64,000 bases of DNA from a virus (Duplodnaviria > Heunggongvirae > Uroviricota > Caudoviricetes), in the IMG/VR virus record IMGVR_UViG_3300014205_000001, positions 32,001 through 96,000 of that record. One strand, written 5' to 3'. Both the position numbers and the translations under genes were made by a program. Under the pieces are notes generated by a model. The model made no database searches, was not told where the DNA came from, and was given only the letters and a program-made list of their open reading frames with translations. Shown one piece after another: positions 1-10,144 of the stretch. Positions within the stretch are counted from its first letter, which is position 1. The number at the start of each line of letters is the position of its first letter.

Positions 1-65
1 TGCACAATAAAAACTTACCTGGTTTTAATACCTGCCAAGGTTATTGATTGAACACCCAGGTTAGT

Positions 66-94
66 AAAAACCCTGCCAATTGGCAGGGTTTTTT
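66..94 (+). terminator. Intrinsic terminator
   Basis: aaaaaccctgcc-aatt-ggcagggtttttt hairpin followed by a U-tract. Confidence 0.8.
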
Positions 95-137
95 GCATTT
101 ATAAGGACATTAACGAGTTCTTTTAATATATACCTAT

Positions 138-713
138 ATGGAATATAAAATTGGTTTAGAATTGTCTTACGAAGGCAAAACTGGTATCGTTAAATTCACG
201 GACGAAGATGGTATTTTATTTGAATCAGGTAACAACCAAGAATTTATCCCGTATTCAAAATTGGAAGGTTTAGAACCTGTCCGTACAGGTGAAATTGTGA
301 AACTACAAAAACCTAACGAAGAATCCTTTACAAATACTTCACCAAATAATGATGGTGATATTGAAGGTGACTGTACAGTATGTAAACAAAAAGCTGTTGT
401 TGTTAAAGATCATATATGTCAAACGTTATTAAATATTGATTTAGGTAATGATGACGATTATGTTCCTTCATTCGAAGAATTTCAAGAAGCACGTAACATT
501 TTTAAAGAATTTGATCAAACACAAATTGATCGTATGAAAAAGTTGTGGAGTTTTCAACATGCAAAATATCACAACAATACTTTCTTCGTTAATATCATGA
601 AACAATTAGAAGAAAAGAAAAAATTATCCCAACGTCAATACGAAGAATTACAATACTTATTAGACAATGGTCGCAGTAAATATGAAGCAGGAGTGCTTAC
701 TACAAAAAACTAA
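138..713 (+). CDS. Hypothetical phage protein
   Basis: 191-aa ORF preceded by TAATATATA; contains a CxxC motif. Confidence 0.8.
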   Translation: MEYKIGLELSYEGKTGIVKFTDEDGILFESGNNQEFIPYSKLEGLEPVRTGEIVKLQKPNEESFTNTSPNNDGDIEGDCTVCKQKAVVVKDHICQTLLNIDLGNDDDYVPSFEEFQEARNIFKEFDQTQIDRMKKLWSFQHAKYHNNTFFVNIMKQLEEKKKLSQRQYEELQYLLDNGRSKYEAGVLTTKN

Positions 714-1480
714 TGATTACCTCAATTAACGAATTTAGAAAACATTTAAACTCATCACCTATTAATGAAATGAGTTACGCATCTTTGCAAGGTGAAATTG
801 ACGCTTTAAAATCACAACTTGCACAATTATTTGCAGATCAAGAATTAGAAGCAGGTCAAAAAGGTGATCAGTGGACAGACGAAGATGCTAATCGTTATGG
901 TGCACAAATGGCAAAAATTGAACGTAAAATTGAAACACGTCAAAATTATATTAATCGTTTACGTACTGGCGTTAAAACTAAAAAACATTTAACTGTTGGT
1001 GAAACTGCTTTTTATAAAAACGAACAAGTTACTGTATTATCAATAAATTTAAATGATAATAATGCAATAGTTGTAAAAGGTGATGTTACTGTAAACGGAA
1101 CACCTTGTCAAATTACTAATATAGAAGGCGATAACATTTTTGTAAAAATGAATGGTAAAAACTTTGCACAAAAAGTGAAAATCGATCAAATCGAAAATAT
1201 AATTTCAGCAAATCTAAACGAATTAAGCACACAAGCAAATAAAGAACCTCGTGCACCAAAAGAACCCAAAGTAAAAACAAATATGGAAGTTAAACAAGCA
1301 ATTCGTACATTGACAAAAAATATGGATAGCGTAAAACCTTCTATTGATAAATTTAAAGACAGAAGTGCTGAACAACAAGCAACTATCTTTAAAACACGTT
1401 TTAATATGCCTGAAGATATTTCAACAATCGTTGCTGCTCTAAATCAAATGGGATTAATAACTGCAGAACCTACTGTATAA
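713..1480 (+). CDS. Putative capsid-targeted internal protein (MITSINEFR leader)
   Basis: N-terminus MITSINEFRKHLNSSPINE; TAATG coupling to the upstream gene. Confidence 0.6.
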   Translation: MITSINEFRKHLNSSPINEMSYASLQGEIDALKSQLAQLFADQELEAGQKGDQWTDEDANRYGAQMAKIERKIETRQNYINRLRTGVKTKKHLTVGETAFYKNEQVTVLSINLNDNNAIVVKGDVTVNGTPCQITNIEGDNIFVKMNGKNFAQKVKIDQIENIISANLNELSTQANKEPRAPKEPKVKTNMEVKQAIRTLTKNMDSVKPSIDKFKDRSAEQQATIFKTRFNMPEDISTIVAALNQMGLITAEPTV

Positions 1481-2067
1481 TGATAACTTCAATTAACGAA
1501 TTTAGAAAATATCTCATTGCTGAGTACAATAATTCAGCAATGAAAGATCATTATAATAAGTTAATTAATGATGGAAGTGAAGAACAGGAAGCTTTATTAA
1601 ATACTGCTTCTTGGTTTGAAACTACAAAAGATATTGTACATCAAGCTTTACAAGATGCTGCAGGTACGCACACAATTACTGAATCAATTAATCCTGTTGA
1701 AACACTAATCAGAACTGAAATTTCAAATAATTTTGTTGATTTTTTGTCGTGGACAACACCAATTGTCGAAGATCATTTTAATAAACCTAATTTAATTGTT
1801 GAAGAGGATTTTTGGGAAGATATTTTACAAGATAGTAAAAATGGTACCATTTCTGAAGATCAAATTAATCAAGGTTTATGTAATCAATTTGCCTTATACA
1901 TTAAATCTAAAATACCTTCAGTAGAAATTGAAGGTGATGTTACACAACATGTTGTTGTAAAATACAATAATTTATATTACGATTCAGAAAATCCTGAAGG
2001 AAAAAATTCTGTTGCAGAATTATATTCTGCAGAAGGTGAATTTTTTAAAAATAGAAAATTAACTTAA
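1480..2067 (+). CDS. Putative capsid-targeted internal protein (MITSINEFR leader)
   Basis: N-terminus MITSINEFRKYLIAE; TAATG coupling. Confidence 0.6.
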   Translation: MITSINEFRKYLIAEYNNSAMKDHYNKLINDGSEEQEALLNTASWFETTKDIVHQALQDAAGTHTITESINPVETLIRTEISNNFVDFLSWTTPIVEDHFNKPNLIVEEDFWEDILQDSKNGTISEDQINQGLCNQFALYIKSKIPSVEIEGDVTQHVVVKYNNLYYDSENPEGKNSVAELYSAEGEFFKNRKLT

Positions 2068-2394
2068 CATATCACGAAAGTTATCAATATATAACTCTTC
2101 GATTTTTTCTACTACAAATTCTAAATCATCAGTTTTCAATAAAACTTCATGATCAGTATTATTAATAATTTCAACATCCAATACTTGATCGTCGTATGTG
2201 TATTTTAATACACATCGATATAAATCAAATAATTCAAAATAAACGTAAAAATATTCTTTAGTTGGGTCAACATAAAAATATTGACAATAAGAATTTATAC
2301 GTTCAATACGTGTATCTGCAAATTTAGTCAAGCACATACGTCCCCAACCAATATCAATTATTTCACTACTAAAAGTTAAATCTAATTCTAACAT
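2059..2394 (-). CDS. Hypothetical protein
   Basis: 111-aa ORF in the minus-strand operon. Confidence 0.7.
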   Translation of the reverse strand: MLELDLTFSSEIIDIGWGRMCLTKFADTRIERINSYCQYFYVDPTKEYFYVYFELFDLYRCVLKYTYDDQVLDVEIINNTDHEVLLKTDDLEFVVEKIEELYIDNFRDMLS

Positions 2395-2555
2395 GGTACT
2401 TCAGAAAGTGTTTTTATTAATTGTTGATAGCCTTCTATAAATTTATCTGACCATTCATCTTTCACAATTAACGCATCAGCTTTTAATAGTCTGTTTAAAT
2501 CGTGAAGTGCAAGTTCTAAAGTTTCTTTAGAAACATATCGTTTATTAAATCCCAT
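2388..2555 (-). CDS. Small hypothetical protein (55 aa, MGFNKRYVSKE...)
   Basis: Read manually; ATG overlaps the gp46 stop and the ORF fills the gap. Confidence 0.65.
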   Translation of the reverse strand: MGFNKRYVSKETLELALHDLNRLLKADALIVKDEWSDKFIEGYQQLIKTLSEVPC

Positions 2556-4234
2556 TAATTAAGTATCTTTTGTTCTATATATGAAAACGAACTTTTATTT
2601 ACACTGATGATTCGATCAAAGAAATGTTCCTTTAATTCACTGTGATGCACAAGGAATACGTTTACGTTTCTTTCATTCGCAAACTTCTTAAATAGAATTA
2701 ACATGTCATCAATTGATTCAACGTCTATCCCTGCGAAAACCTCGTCTAAGAACAATACATTAATGTCACGTTTCAGTCGTAACATTTTAATGTATGCTAA
2801 CATGATACATAAATTTACTTTACGTGCTTCACCTGTACTTAATGTATCAGAATCAATTTCTTCGTTATATTGAAAAATATGAGCATCAAAGTTATTATCC
2901 AATTCAACTTTAAAAGGTTGTTTTAAATAGCTTAAATCTTCAGATATAAATTCATTTAGGGGACCTACAATAGAATCTATAATTTCACGTTTAATACCTG
3001 ATTCACCCCAAATTGGTAATAATGAATCGTACACAAATTTTAATTTCTGTACTTCTAAATATTCTGATTCTTTATCTTCAACTTTGTTGGTTAAATTATC
3101 AATGTTCTTTTGAAATTCTTCTGTTGAAACATCTTCTTCTTTGACAACTTTAAGAGTTTTAATAGTTGCTTTTGTTTGAGTTAATAAACTCAACAACTCA
3201 TTATACTGTTGATTAGTTTCTCGAAATTCGTTTTGTGAATTAGTAAGTTCTTCTTTACCTAATTGTAACTTAGACACAAGCTTAGACAATACTTTATTTG
3301 TTTTGTCTAACCTTTCTTCAAATTCAGGCAATAGATTCAATTCACCAATTAATAATGTTTGGCATGTAGGACATTTACCTGATTTAAATAAATCAATTTT
3401 AATGTTAATTTCTTGAATATCACGATCAATATCCCGTTTCTTTAAACCTAGTTCACTTAACTTTGTTTGAATATCATTGATATAGTTTTGAAGTTCTTCT
3501 TTTGATTCTTCTAAATGAATAAATTTATCTTTATTGTCTTCAATAATTTGTTTCAGTTCAGCAATTCTATTGTCGTTATTAACAATTTTCTTTTCTGAAA
3601 CACGGTTAATTGTATCTTGCAGATCAGTAATGTTTTGGCGATAAATAGCAATTTCTTTATTAATTGAATTAAAACTTATATCATTGTTTTTACTTAATTG
3701 CTTTAAAATTTTATTCAATTCGTTGATTTGTTCCAAATTGAATAATTTATCTAATAAGATACGTTTTTCTTCAGGTGATAATGATATAAAATTTTTAAAA
3801 TGATTAATATTCATTGAGATGAAACTTTTGAATGTTTTAAAATCAAATCCTACTTTTTCTAAAATTTTATCGTCTAATCCATTAGCTTTACCAAAAGGTA
3901 TTTTATCAATTACTAATTTTGATTTCAAAGGGGATGAAAATGAATCCATTGTTCGCTGAATATACAAATCTTCATCACTACTATTAAAATCAACTCCCAC
4001 TTCCATATTTCCATTAATACGATTGGGTAGAAGTTTTTGACTTAAACGTTTACCTTGCCGATTTAATTCTTCTCCAAAAATTGCTAAATCTAAACTTGAT
4101 AAAATACTACTTTTACCTTTCCCGTTACTGCCATATAATAAGATTAATTCACCTTTGTCTTGATTAAGAACAATCGTTTCTTTAACAGTTCCGTAACTTT
4201 TGTAGTTTTTAAACCACCATTCTTTAATTTTCAT
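2555..4234 (-). CDS. Recombination endonuclease ATPase subunit (T4 gp46/SbcC/Rad50-like)
   Basis: Walker A GSNGKGKS, coiled coil with CPTC zinc hook, signature LSTGE, Walker B LFLDE, H-loop VHH. Confidence 0.93.
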   Translation of the reverse strand: MKIKEWWFKNYKSYGTVKETIVLNQDKGELILLYGSNGKGKSSILSSLDLAIFGEELNRQGKRLSQKLLPNRINGNMEVGVDFNSSDEDLYIQRTMDSFSSPLKSKLVIDKIPFGKANGLDDKILEKVGFDFKTFKSFISMNINHFKNFISLSPEEKRILLDKLFNLEQINELNKILKQLSKNNDISFNSINKEIAIYRQNITDLQDTINRVSEKKIVNNDNRIAELKQIIEDNKDKFIHLEESKEELQNYINDIQTKLSELGLKKRDIDRDIQEINIKIDLFKSGKCPTCQTLLIGELNLLPEFEERLDKTNKVLSKLVSKLQLGKEELTNSQNEFRETNQQYNELLSLLTQTKATIKTLKVVKEEDVSTEEFQKNIDNLTNKVEDKESEYLEVQKLKFVYDSLLPIWGESGIKREIIDSIVGPLNEFISEDLSYLKQPFKVELDNNFDAHIFQYNEEIDSDTLSTGEARKVNLCIMLAYIKMLRLKRDINVLFLDEVFAGIDVESIDDMLILFKKFANERNVNVFLVHHSELKEHFFDRIISVNKSSFSYIEQKILN

Positions 4235-4469
4235 ATTTTAAAAGGTCTTCGTATTTATATTTGTTTAATATAGCTGCTTTCAATACATCATGATCAATTA
4301 ATACATTATCAGGTACTGTTACAAAACTTGCAGCTGTAGGATGTACAAATAAAATGCATTCAAATGTTTTTTCATCAATGATAATATTGAAAATGAAACT
4401 TTTTCCTTGTATTTTTGTGTCATTATTCACAAAACCCAGGAACGATTGAAAATCGACGTGTATTGTCAT
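4224..4469 (-). CDS. Hypothetical protein
   Basis: 81-aa ORF overlapping the gp46 start. Confidence 0.7.
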   Translation of the reverse strand: MTIHVDFQSFLGFVNNDTKIQGKSFIFNIIIDEKTFECILFVHPTAASFVTVPDNVLIDHDVLKAAILNKYKYEDLLKYEN

Positions 4470-4515
4470 ATTATCTTATATACGTCAATTATTTAAAAGT
4501 TTTAATATATAATTC

Positions 4516-4899
4516 ATGATACAATTAATTAAATCCGCTTTTATTTCGATCAACAGATTGATCGTACGTTCAGTTACTACTGATGAAGTTTCGGCTACAC
4601 GTATTTCAAGTTATTTGATATTAGCACCGATTCAATTAATGATTTTTGTAGTTGTATTAATTGAAATGTTTGAATTTGTCCATTCAGTTTGGACAGGTCA
4701 TAATTATGTATTAAGTAACGAATTTATTATTACTTTTGGTATGGTGTTATCACATCACCTTGCAATATTGTTCAGTAGAGGTAAATCACAATCACGTGAA
4801 GAATTAAAAGGCAGCAGTACGACTACTACATCAACTACTACTGAAACAGCAGAAACTACTACTGAAGAAACTTCAACAGAAGAAAAAACTAAAGTATAA
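4516..4899 (+). CDS. Small membrane protein (2 TM, holin-like topology possible)
   Basis: Two hydrophobic segments and a Thr/Glu-rich tail; TAATATATA upstream. Confidence 0.6.
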   Translation: MIQLIKSAFISINRLIVRSVTTDEVSATRISSYLILAPIQLMIFVVVLIEMFEFVHSVWTGHNYVLSNEFIITFGMVLSHHLAILFSRGKSQSREELKGSSTTTTSTTTETAETTTEETSTEEKTKV

Positions 4900-4988
4900 T
4901 GGCAACAACGAGTGCTATCACAAGTACTACCACTGCAACTATTAATCCTACGATTAATGTTCCTATGCCACTAAAATCTGGTATCATT

Positions 4989-5468
4989 TTATAGTTTATT
5001 AATTACTTTTTTAACTTGACCATATTTTACACATGGACAATCCTGAACAGTAATTGTCGTTAATGCATTTACAGCATCCACAAATTTTATATACATGGCA
5101 GGTAATTGTTGTAATTCAGAATTGAATTGATTAGATTTGGAAATATAAGTTTTAGGAATTTTATTCTTAAACGTATAAATACAATTTACTAATAATTGAC
5201 GATTAATATATTTACGATTGTCTTGTTCAAAATGTTTATTTTCTAAAATAGAACGTAAAAATTGTTTGAATTTGTAAATAACTTCGTTAGTATAAATAAC
5301 ATTTGTTAAACCAATCACGAATGAATCTTCTTCTGAAATTTCAAATTCATGATCTTCTTCAATAATTTTCATTTTTTCAGCATTCGATTTTCCATCTAAA
5401 ATGTAGTATTCGTAAGTGTCCCAAATGAAACGGGAAATTAAATCTGATGGTCGTACTTTAATAGTCAT
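4989..5468 (-). CDS. Hypothetical protein
   Basis: Likely start MTIKVRP at 5468, overlapping the upstream stop. Confidence 0.7.
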   Translation of the reverse strand: MTIKVRPSDLISRFIWDTYEYYILDGKSNAEKMKIIEEDHEFEISEEDSFVIGLTNVIYTNEVIYKFKQFLRSILENKHFEQDNRKYINRQLLVNCIYTFKNKIPKTYISKSNQFNSELQQLPAMYIKFVDAVNALTTITVQDCPCVKYGQVKKVINKL

Positions 5469-5796
5469 AGCGTTGTTTAATGTCTTTTTGTATTTGTAAA
5501 TGTATACGGTAATTTTTGTCGAAATTTTTACACATTGTTTGAAATTTCTCAACTGTTAAAGCTTCGTGATAAATCCATTCACCTGAAATTGTTTGTGCTT
5601 TTAAATGTCTTTTTAACAAAGCTTCTACACCATACGCAATTTCACGATTATCAATTTCATAAGTCGATAAAAATCCTACTGCATTGGGATTGGCTAATTT
5701 GATTTCATTGAATCGTCGTTGTAAATTGGTAGAAACACCAATTTTCCATTGCTGGACTTCACCAGCTTCAGAATACAACAAATACAACATATACAT
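5458..5796 (-). CDS. GIY-YIG/T5orf172-like nuclease domain protein
   Basis: YLL...WKIGVS.N..RR...I...NP...E..L...L......GEW pattern. Confidence 0.7.
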   Translation of the reverse strand: MYMLYLLYSEAGEVQQWKIGVSTNLQRRFNEIKLANPNAVGFLSTYEIDNREIAYGVEALLKRHLKAQTISGEWIYHEALTVEKFQTMCKNFDKNYRIHLQIQKDIKQRYDY

Positions 5797-5826
5797 GTTG
5801 CTTATATTACTGTAATAAACGAGTGT

Positions 5827-6303
5827 TTAAATTTGATGTATAGAATGTCTAGTTTCTTTACTAGCTTTTACATAACAATCATTACCAATAAACCAAATAC
5901 CTTGTTGTCGTTTGGACCAAATTTTACGTTGGTTAATTGTTCGGATGAAAATACCATCTTCAGGTATATCACTTGCTGTGTTTATAGCATTCCAAGTATA
6001 TTTACCAAATGCTATAAATAACGTGGTTGTTTTGCCCTTAATTGAATCAATCCGATGAAAATCTGAATGACGATGATAAATTATTGAACCGACTCGATAA
6101 GTGTAAGATTTGCCGTTTAACAGTGTTTCTGTATAACCTCCTTTTAATACTATGCTAACATAATTAAATGGATGATTATGAAATAATGTACTTTGATCTT
6201 TATCTAAAATAGTATGAAGACGTATATGTAATTTCCCGACATGCAAGAGTGTAAAACGCAATAAAAAATTTTTAATGTTTCTATAAGATCGAAACATTTT
6301 CAT
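5827..6303 (-). CDS. Cupin-like phage protein
   Basis: FHNHPF..VS.VL.GGY.E and FHRI cupin motifs. Confidence 0.65.
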   Translation of the reverse strand: MKMFRSYRNIKNFLLRFTLLHVGKLHIRLHTILDKDQSTLFHNHPFNYVSIVLKGGYTETLLNGKSYTYRVGSIIYHRHSDFHRIDSIKGKTTTLFIAFGKYTWNAINTASDIPEDGIFIRTINQRKIWSKRQQGIWFIGNDCYVKASKETRHSIHQI

Positions 6304-6305
6304 TT

Positions 6306-6794
6306 TTATATGTTGTTTTTAATTTCGCGTTCAGCATCTTTTTTCTTTAAATCTTCACGTTTGTCGTAATTTTTCTTACCAGTACAGATATGAATATCTA
6401 ATTTCCAAAAACGCTGATGATTTTTATATAAACGGCCTGGGATGCACGTAAAACCTTTCATCTGTAGTTTCTCACGGATTTCTTCCATTTCGCTCTTATT
6501 CAGTAATAATTTACGTGGGCGTGATTCAACAACAGTTACTTTATCATTCAATATATGATTTGCTAAAGGTGTAATCATACAACCTAATAAGACAAAATCC
6601 TTCCCGTCAAAATTACAATAAGCAGCATCGATTGAACAGTTGTGTTCATTGAGTGCTTTCACTTCCCAACCTTCTAACATGATTCCTGCAGTATACTTTT
6701 CATGAGTATGATACAGAAAATTCAATTTTTTAAAGGAATACGTGGGAATTACCTTTTTTACTTTTATTTCTTTACCCGCGTTTGTCGTTGCCAT
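6306..6794 (-). CDS. smpB: SsrA-binding protein SmpB
   Basis: YTAGIMLEGWEVKAL, RPRKLLLNKSE, GFTCIP, GKKNYDKREDLKKKDAERE tail. Confidence 0.93.
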   Translation of the reverse strand: MATTNAGKEIKVKKVIPTYSFKKLNFLYHTHEKYTAGIMLEGWEVKALNEHNCSIDAAYCNFDGKDFVLLGCMITPLANHILNDKVTVVESRPRKLLLNKSEMEEIREKLQMKGFTCIPGRLYKNHQRFWKLDIHICTGKKNYDKREDLKKKDAEREIKNNI

Positions 6795-6987
6795 GATTTA
6801 TATTTTTAATTTTTGCTTTTCTAATTTTAAATTTTGCTTTAATTTCCATTTCAGCTTTCTTAATATCCATCCACCCATGATGATTAATCCATCGTAAACT
6901 CCACCAATGTTGTTTATAGTGAGGATAAAACCACAACACACCTTCAGGTGAAAGTTCGACTACTATTTTGCATTTATAATAAGTCAT
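6772..6987 (-). CDS. Hypothetical protein
   Basis: 71-aa Trp-rich ORF within the operon. Confidence 0.6.
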   Translation of the reverse strand: MTYYKCKIVVELSPEGVLWFYPHYKQHWWSLRWINHHGWMDIKKAEMEIKAKFKIRKAKIKNINHGNDKRG

Positions 6988-7825
6988 ACTTTAGTAACAT
7001 GGATTTTAATACTGGTTCATTAATATCAACAGTAAACAATTCTGTTTTGTTTTTAGTTAAATTTTCACGATGAATAATTTTAATAATGTTAGGCTTCCAC
7101 CATTCAGGTAAAAATTGTGGATTACCATATTTAATAAAATGATATTTCCACAACACAATTAAATTAACTGTACCTACACGAGATACAATTACTGAATTGA
7201 AATCGTAAACATCTTTTAAATATTTACTTTTTAATTGTTCATCAGTAAAACCAAATTTATTACGTAAATGTTCTAATCTACCTGTCATGATAATTTGTTT
7301 ATCAATAGGCAAGGAATCGTAATGTCGATGTAAACAATTATACATTGATTTAGCATCAATCCATGCAAATTCAATATCCTTAAAATTATCATCTACAAAA
7401 TCTTTAAACAGACGATTTTTAAAATCATTTGCAAAAGCTTCGTATGAATCATGAATGTCACGAGACAATACAACTAAATCAGTTGAATTTTTATCCTTAT
7501 ATTCACGACTAAAACATTGACGATATTGTGTAGGAACTACATGATGTTTAGTTAACAAATCTGTAGAACCTGAAACGACACATTTATTACTACGACCAAT
7601 TAATATTTCTGGTGGGTCACCATATCCTTTCGGTTCAAAAGATAAATGAATATCTGTATCAGATGTTTGCACACCTAAATTTTTCTTAAGATACCAATTA
7701 GCTTTTTTCTTACTACAAAAGCACATCAAGGTGCCATCGGGATGGAAGATACGAAAATTATCGTAAGGTGCTCTGACTAGAGCATTGTTATGTTCTTTTA
7801 ATTTAACTTGTTTCATACAAATCAA
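6974..7825 (-). CDS. HNH-like protein resembling the EXD2 C-terminal domain
   Basis: YDN..I..PDG.L.C.C..KKA.WYL.K.L ... N.CVV.G...L..HHVVP..YR..F....K.....D.V.L....H..YE. Confidence 0.65.
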   Translation of the reverse strand: MICMKQVKLKEHNNALVRAPYDNFRIFHPDGTLMCFCSKKKANWYLKKNLGVQTSDTDIHLSFEPKGYGDPPEILIGRSNKCVVSGSTDLLTKHHVVPTQYRQCFSREYKDKNSTDLVVLSRDIHDSYEAFANDFKNRLFKDFVDDNFKDIEFAWIDAKSMYNCLHRHYDSLPIDKQIIMTGRLEHLRNKFGFTDEQLKSKYLKDVYDFNSVIVSRVGTVNLIVLWKYHFIKYGNPQFLPEWWKPNIIKIIHRENLTKNKTELFTVDINEPVLKSMLLKYDLL

Positions 7826-7858
7826 TATTTTTTGTATTACTTTATATATGTAAGGAAT

Positions 7859-8092
7859 TTATGTTCCTTGTAACCTCGGGTCTAATTCTGGGTGTTCTGC
7901 CCAGTTTTTAAGTACATCATTAATTTCACCATTAGCATGTCTAAATGCTTGAATTAATTGTAATTCAATTGCTTCATGTGGCATTAATTGATTTTTTGTT
8001 TCTTTAACAGCTAATACGCATAAACGTTTATTACGTTCTTTTGTACCCATTAGCTTAACTTTATTTAATAGCTTTTGAAACATCTTATACAA
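7859..8092 (-). CDS. Hypothetical protein
   Basis: Short ORF within the operon. Confidence 0.55.
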   Translation of the reverse strand: MYKMFQKLLNKVKLMGTKERNKRLCVLAVKETKNQLMPHEAIELQLIQAFRHANGEINDVLKNWAEHPELDPRLQGT

Positions 8093-8668
8093 TTATAAGA
8101 CTTCTCGGTAACGTTTGAAAATGTTTACAATATTTTTTGCGTCATCAATTCCACGATGTGCAGTACCTTGAAAATTGAATTTTTCAAATTTACATGCTCC
8201 ACCTAAACCAATGGGTTTTTTGAATTTATTAATTTCACCATGACGATGTTTTAACGAGATGTGATTATTATCATTAATGAATTGATCAATTATATCTTGT
8301 GAAAATTTATTTAATTTCAAATCATCTCTAAATTGCCGTTTGTCATAAAATCCCCAACTGACATAAGTAGGTTGTTCATTATCTTTACGTGCCCACGCAA
8401 AAAATTCACCTAACACAAAAAATGCTTCTTCTGCATTATCAATATCATCTTGTGTTATCGTTGTAAGTTCATTACAAAATTTTGAGATGTAAGGAAATTT
8501 TGTAGGTTTTAAAAATTTGCTAAATTCGTCAATGACTTCACCTTGCTCATTTAATTTATATGCACCTATCTCAATGATTTCATTGACGAAGCCTCTAGGT
8601 TTTGTTTCACTGTTACTATTTTTATCGTAACAAGTTGCTTCAAGGTCTAATATTATGTATGTTTTCAT
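8093..8668 (-). CDS. DEDDh 3'-5' exonuclease (ERI-1/KapD-like)
   Basis: ILDLEATC, EIIEIGA, LTTITQ, SWGFYD, HRGIDDA; start taken at MKTYIIL. Confidence 0.9.
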   Translation of the reverse strand: MKTYIILDLEATCYDKNSNSETKPRGFVNEIIEIGAYKLNEQGEVIDEFSKFLKPTKFPYISKFCNELTTITQDDIDNAEEAFFVLGEFFAWARKDNEQPTYVSWGFYDKRQFRDDLKLNKFSQDIIDQFINDNNHISLKHRHGEINKFKKPIGLGGACKFEKFNFQGTAHRGIDDAKNIVNIFKRYREVL

Positions 8669-8901
8669 AGTTACTATTATATACATTGTAAATGACAATG
8701 TTTCAAAATGGGTATAAAGTGGGTAATTTATTGGGTATATTCTTACACAAATTGCATTTTACTTTAAAAATGAAAAAATAAAGTAAAATTTATTGAAATT
8801 AACCTTGTTGATTATCAACTAGTTAGCTGATTTGACTTAAATAATTGTTTTAATTTAACAAAATACTTTGTAAAATGCGATTCTACGTTACAATTAATGT
8901 T

Positions 8902-8909
8902 TAAATTTG
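8902..8909 (+). promoter_or_regulatory. Bacteroidota-type -7 promoter element (TAnnTTTG)
   Basis: TAAATTTG about 40 nt upstream of the 8948 ATG in an AT-rich intergenic region. Confidence 0.45.
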
Positions 8910-8947
8910 TAGTAACATAAAAACAATAAACTTAAAAAACAAAAATC

Positions 8948-9433
8948 ATGGCAACTCCAACAAAAAGCAAAAGGACAGCAGCAAAACGCAAAACTGCAAA
9001 AAAAGTATCGCGTACAGCTTCCACTGCAAAACCGAAGGGGCGCACAAAGAAAGTAAAAGAACCCACGCATCCTGTACTTCATAAGGACCACAGGTACCTA
9101 ACAGTAAATGGTGTATCTGTACCTAAAAGCCGCGTCGCCGTAGAAATTCTCAGCCGTTTCGTTGAGAAAAAGAAAATCAAGAACCTAACCCAACTTACGG
9201 AACAATTCCCTGTGGAATTACATCCTGCTGGTTTAATCGTTCCTGTCGCTGAAGCACGCAAGAAAAACGAAAAACGCACACGTTTCAATATGGATGAACT
9301 TATGACCCTGGGCGGAAAAAAATTCGCTATCTGCAAAGAGTTCGGTCATAACAACATGACTCCATTGATCAAAGCTGCCGAAAAAAATGGTTTCAAAGTA
9401 CAACGTGTACTTAAAACTAAAGTAGCTGCTTAA
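8948..9433 (+). CDS. Basic histone-H1-like/nucleoid-type DNA-binding protein
   Basis: K/R/A/T-rich N-terminal tail (TKSKRTAAKRKTAKKVSRTASTAKPK); own promoter and terminator. Confidence 0.55.
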   Translation: MATPTKSKRTAAKRKTAKKVSRTASTAKPKGRTKKVKEPTHPVLHKDHRYLTVNGVSVPKSRVAVEILSRFVEKKKIKNLTQLTEQFPVELHPAGLIVPVAEARKKNEKRTRFNMDELMTLGGKKFAICKEFGHNNMTPLIKAAEKNGFKVQRVLKTKVAA

Positions 9434-9449
9434 TCATTGATTAACTTGC

Positions 9450-9479
9450 AAGGTCCTGAATTTCTTCAGGACCTTTTTT
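9450..9479 (+). terminator. Intrinsic terminator
   Basis: aaggtcctgaa-tttc-ttcaggacctt followed by U residues. Confidence 0.8.
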
Positions 9480-9482
9480 GTG

Positions 9483-9860
9483 TTATTTAAGTTTTCGTTT
9501 AATTTCCTTAATACGTAAGAAAATTTCTTCACGTTTCATTGCAGTATTTTTGAACTGCTCCAAATGTCGATGATCATTGTAACATGTTATCACATCAAAT
9601 AAATTTTGTGTGCCTGGACGTTTTCTACAGATAAAGAGAGTATCATTCGATTGAATGATTGTCAACCCAAGTTGTTTGTATTTTTCATATAGAAATAAAA
9701 TATAGCGAGGTGCATCATCAAAAATTTTAGAAGTTATATCCTTACCTGCACGTAATTTTGTCAACATTTCTGAAAACAAATTCTGTTCAGTAGAATTTAA
9801 TCCTCCACGAATACGTTCAACATATCTTTCACCTGCGTGATGAGTTATAAAGAAATTCAT
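9483..9860 (-). CDS. Hypothetical protein (possible RelE/BECR-like fold)
   Basis: ITHHAGERYVERI ... VITCY motif pair. Confidence 0.5.
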   Translation of the reverse strand: MNFFITHHAGERYVERIRGGLNSTEQNLFSEMLTKLRAGKDITSKIFDDAPRYILFLYEKYKQLGLTIIQSNDTLFICRKRPGTQNLFDVITCYNDHRHLEQFKNTAMKREEIFLRIKEIKRKLK

Positions 9861-9862
9861 AA

Positions 9863-10144
9863 CTATTGTTGTGAAAAATCGAATTTTGCAGAAACTTTAC
9901 GATGTACGTAATTGTTATCAAGTAATCCTAATTTATGCGCCTGATCTGAAATTTCAGATTGTGATAATGTTTCGTGTTCAAAGTTATTTGCACGTTCCAT
10001 TAAAAAATCAATTTGCTTTTCTAACAAATCGGGTTGTGATTCAATGTCAGGATTTTCAGAAATAATACCAGCACGGAAAACCATTCGTAATTCTTGAATA
10101 TCAGCATCGATACTTGCCTGTGTGTGTTTTGTTTTATTGTCCAT
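9863..10144 (-). CDS. Hypothetical protein
   Basis: 93-aa ORF. Confidence 0.65.
   Translation of the reverse strand: MDNKTKHTQASIDADIQELRMVFRAGIISENPDIESQPDLLEKQIDFLMERANNFEHETLSQSEISDQAHKLGLLDNNYVHRKVSAKFDFSQQ

Noticed and set aside
1-94. Paired region and repeated CCTGCCAA before the first terminator, as another attenuator
   Set aside because: Upstream context lies outside the window, so no leader ORF can be assessed.
8894-9336. Minus-strand ORFs 8894..9091 and 9079..9336
   Set aside because: Antisense to the better-supported basic protein gene, which has its own promoter and terminator.
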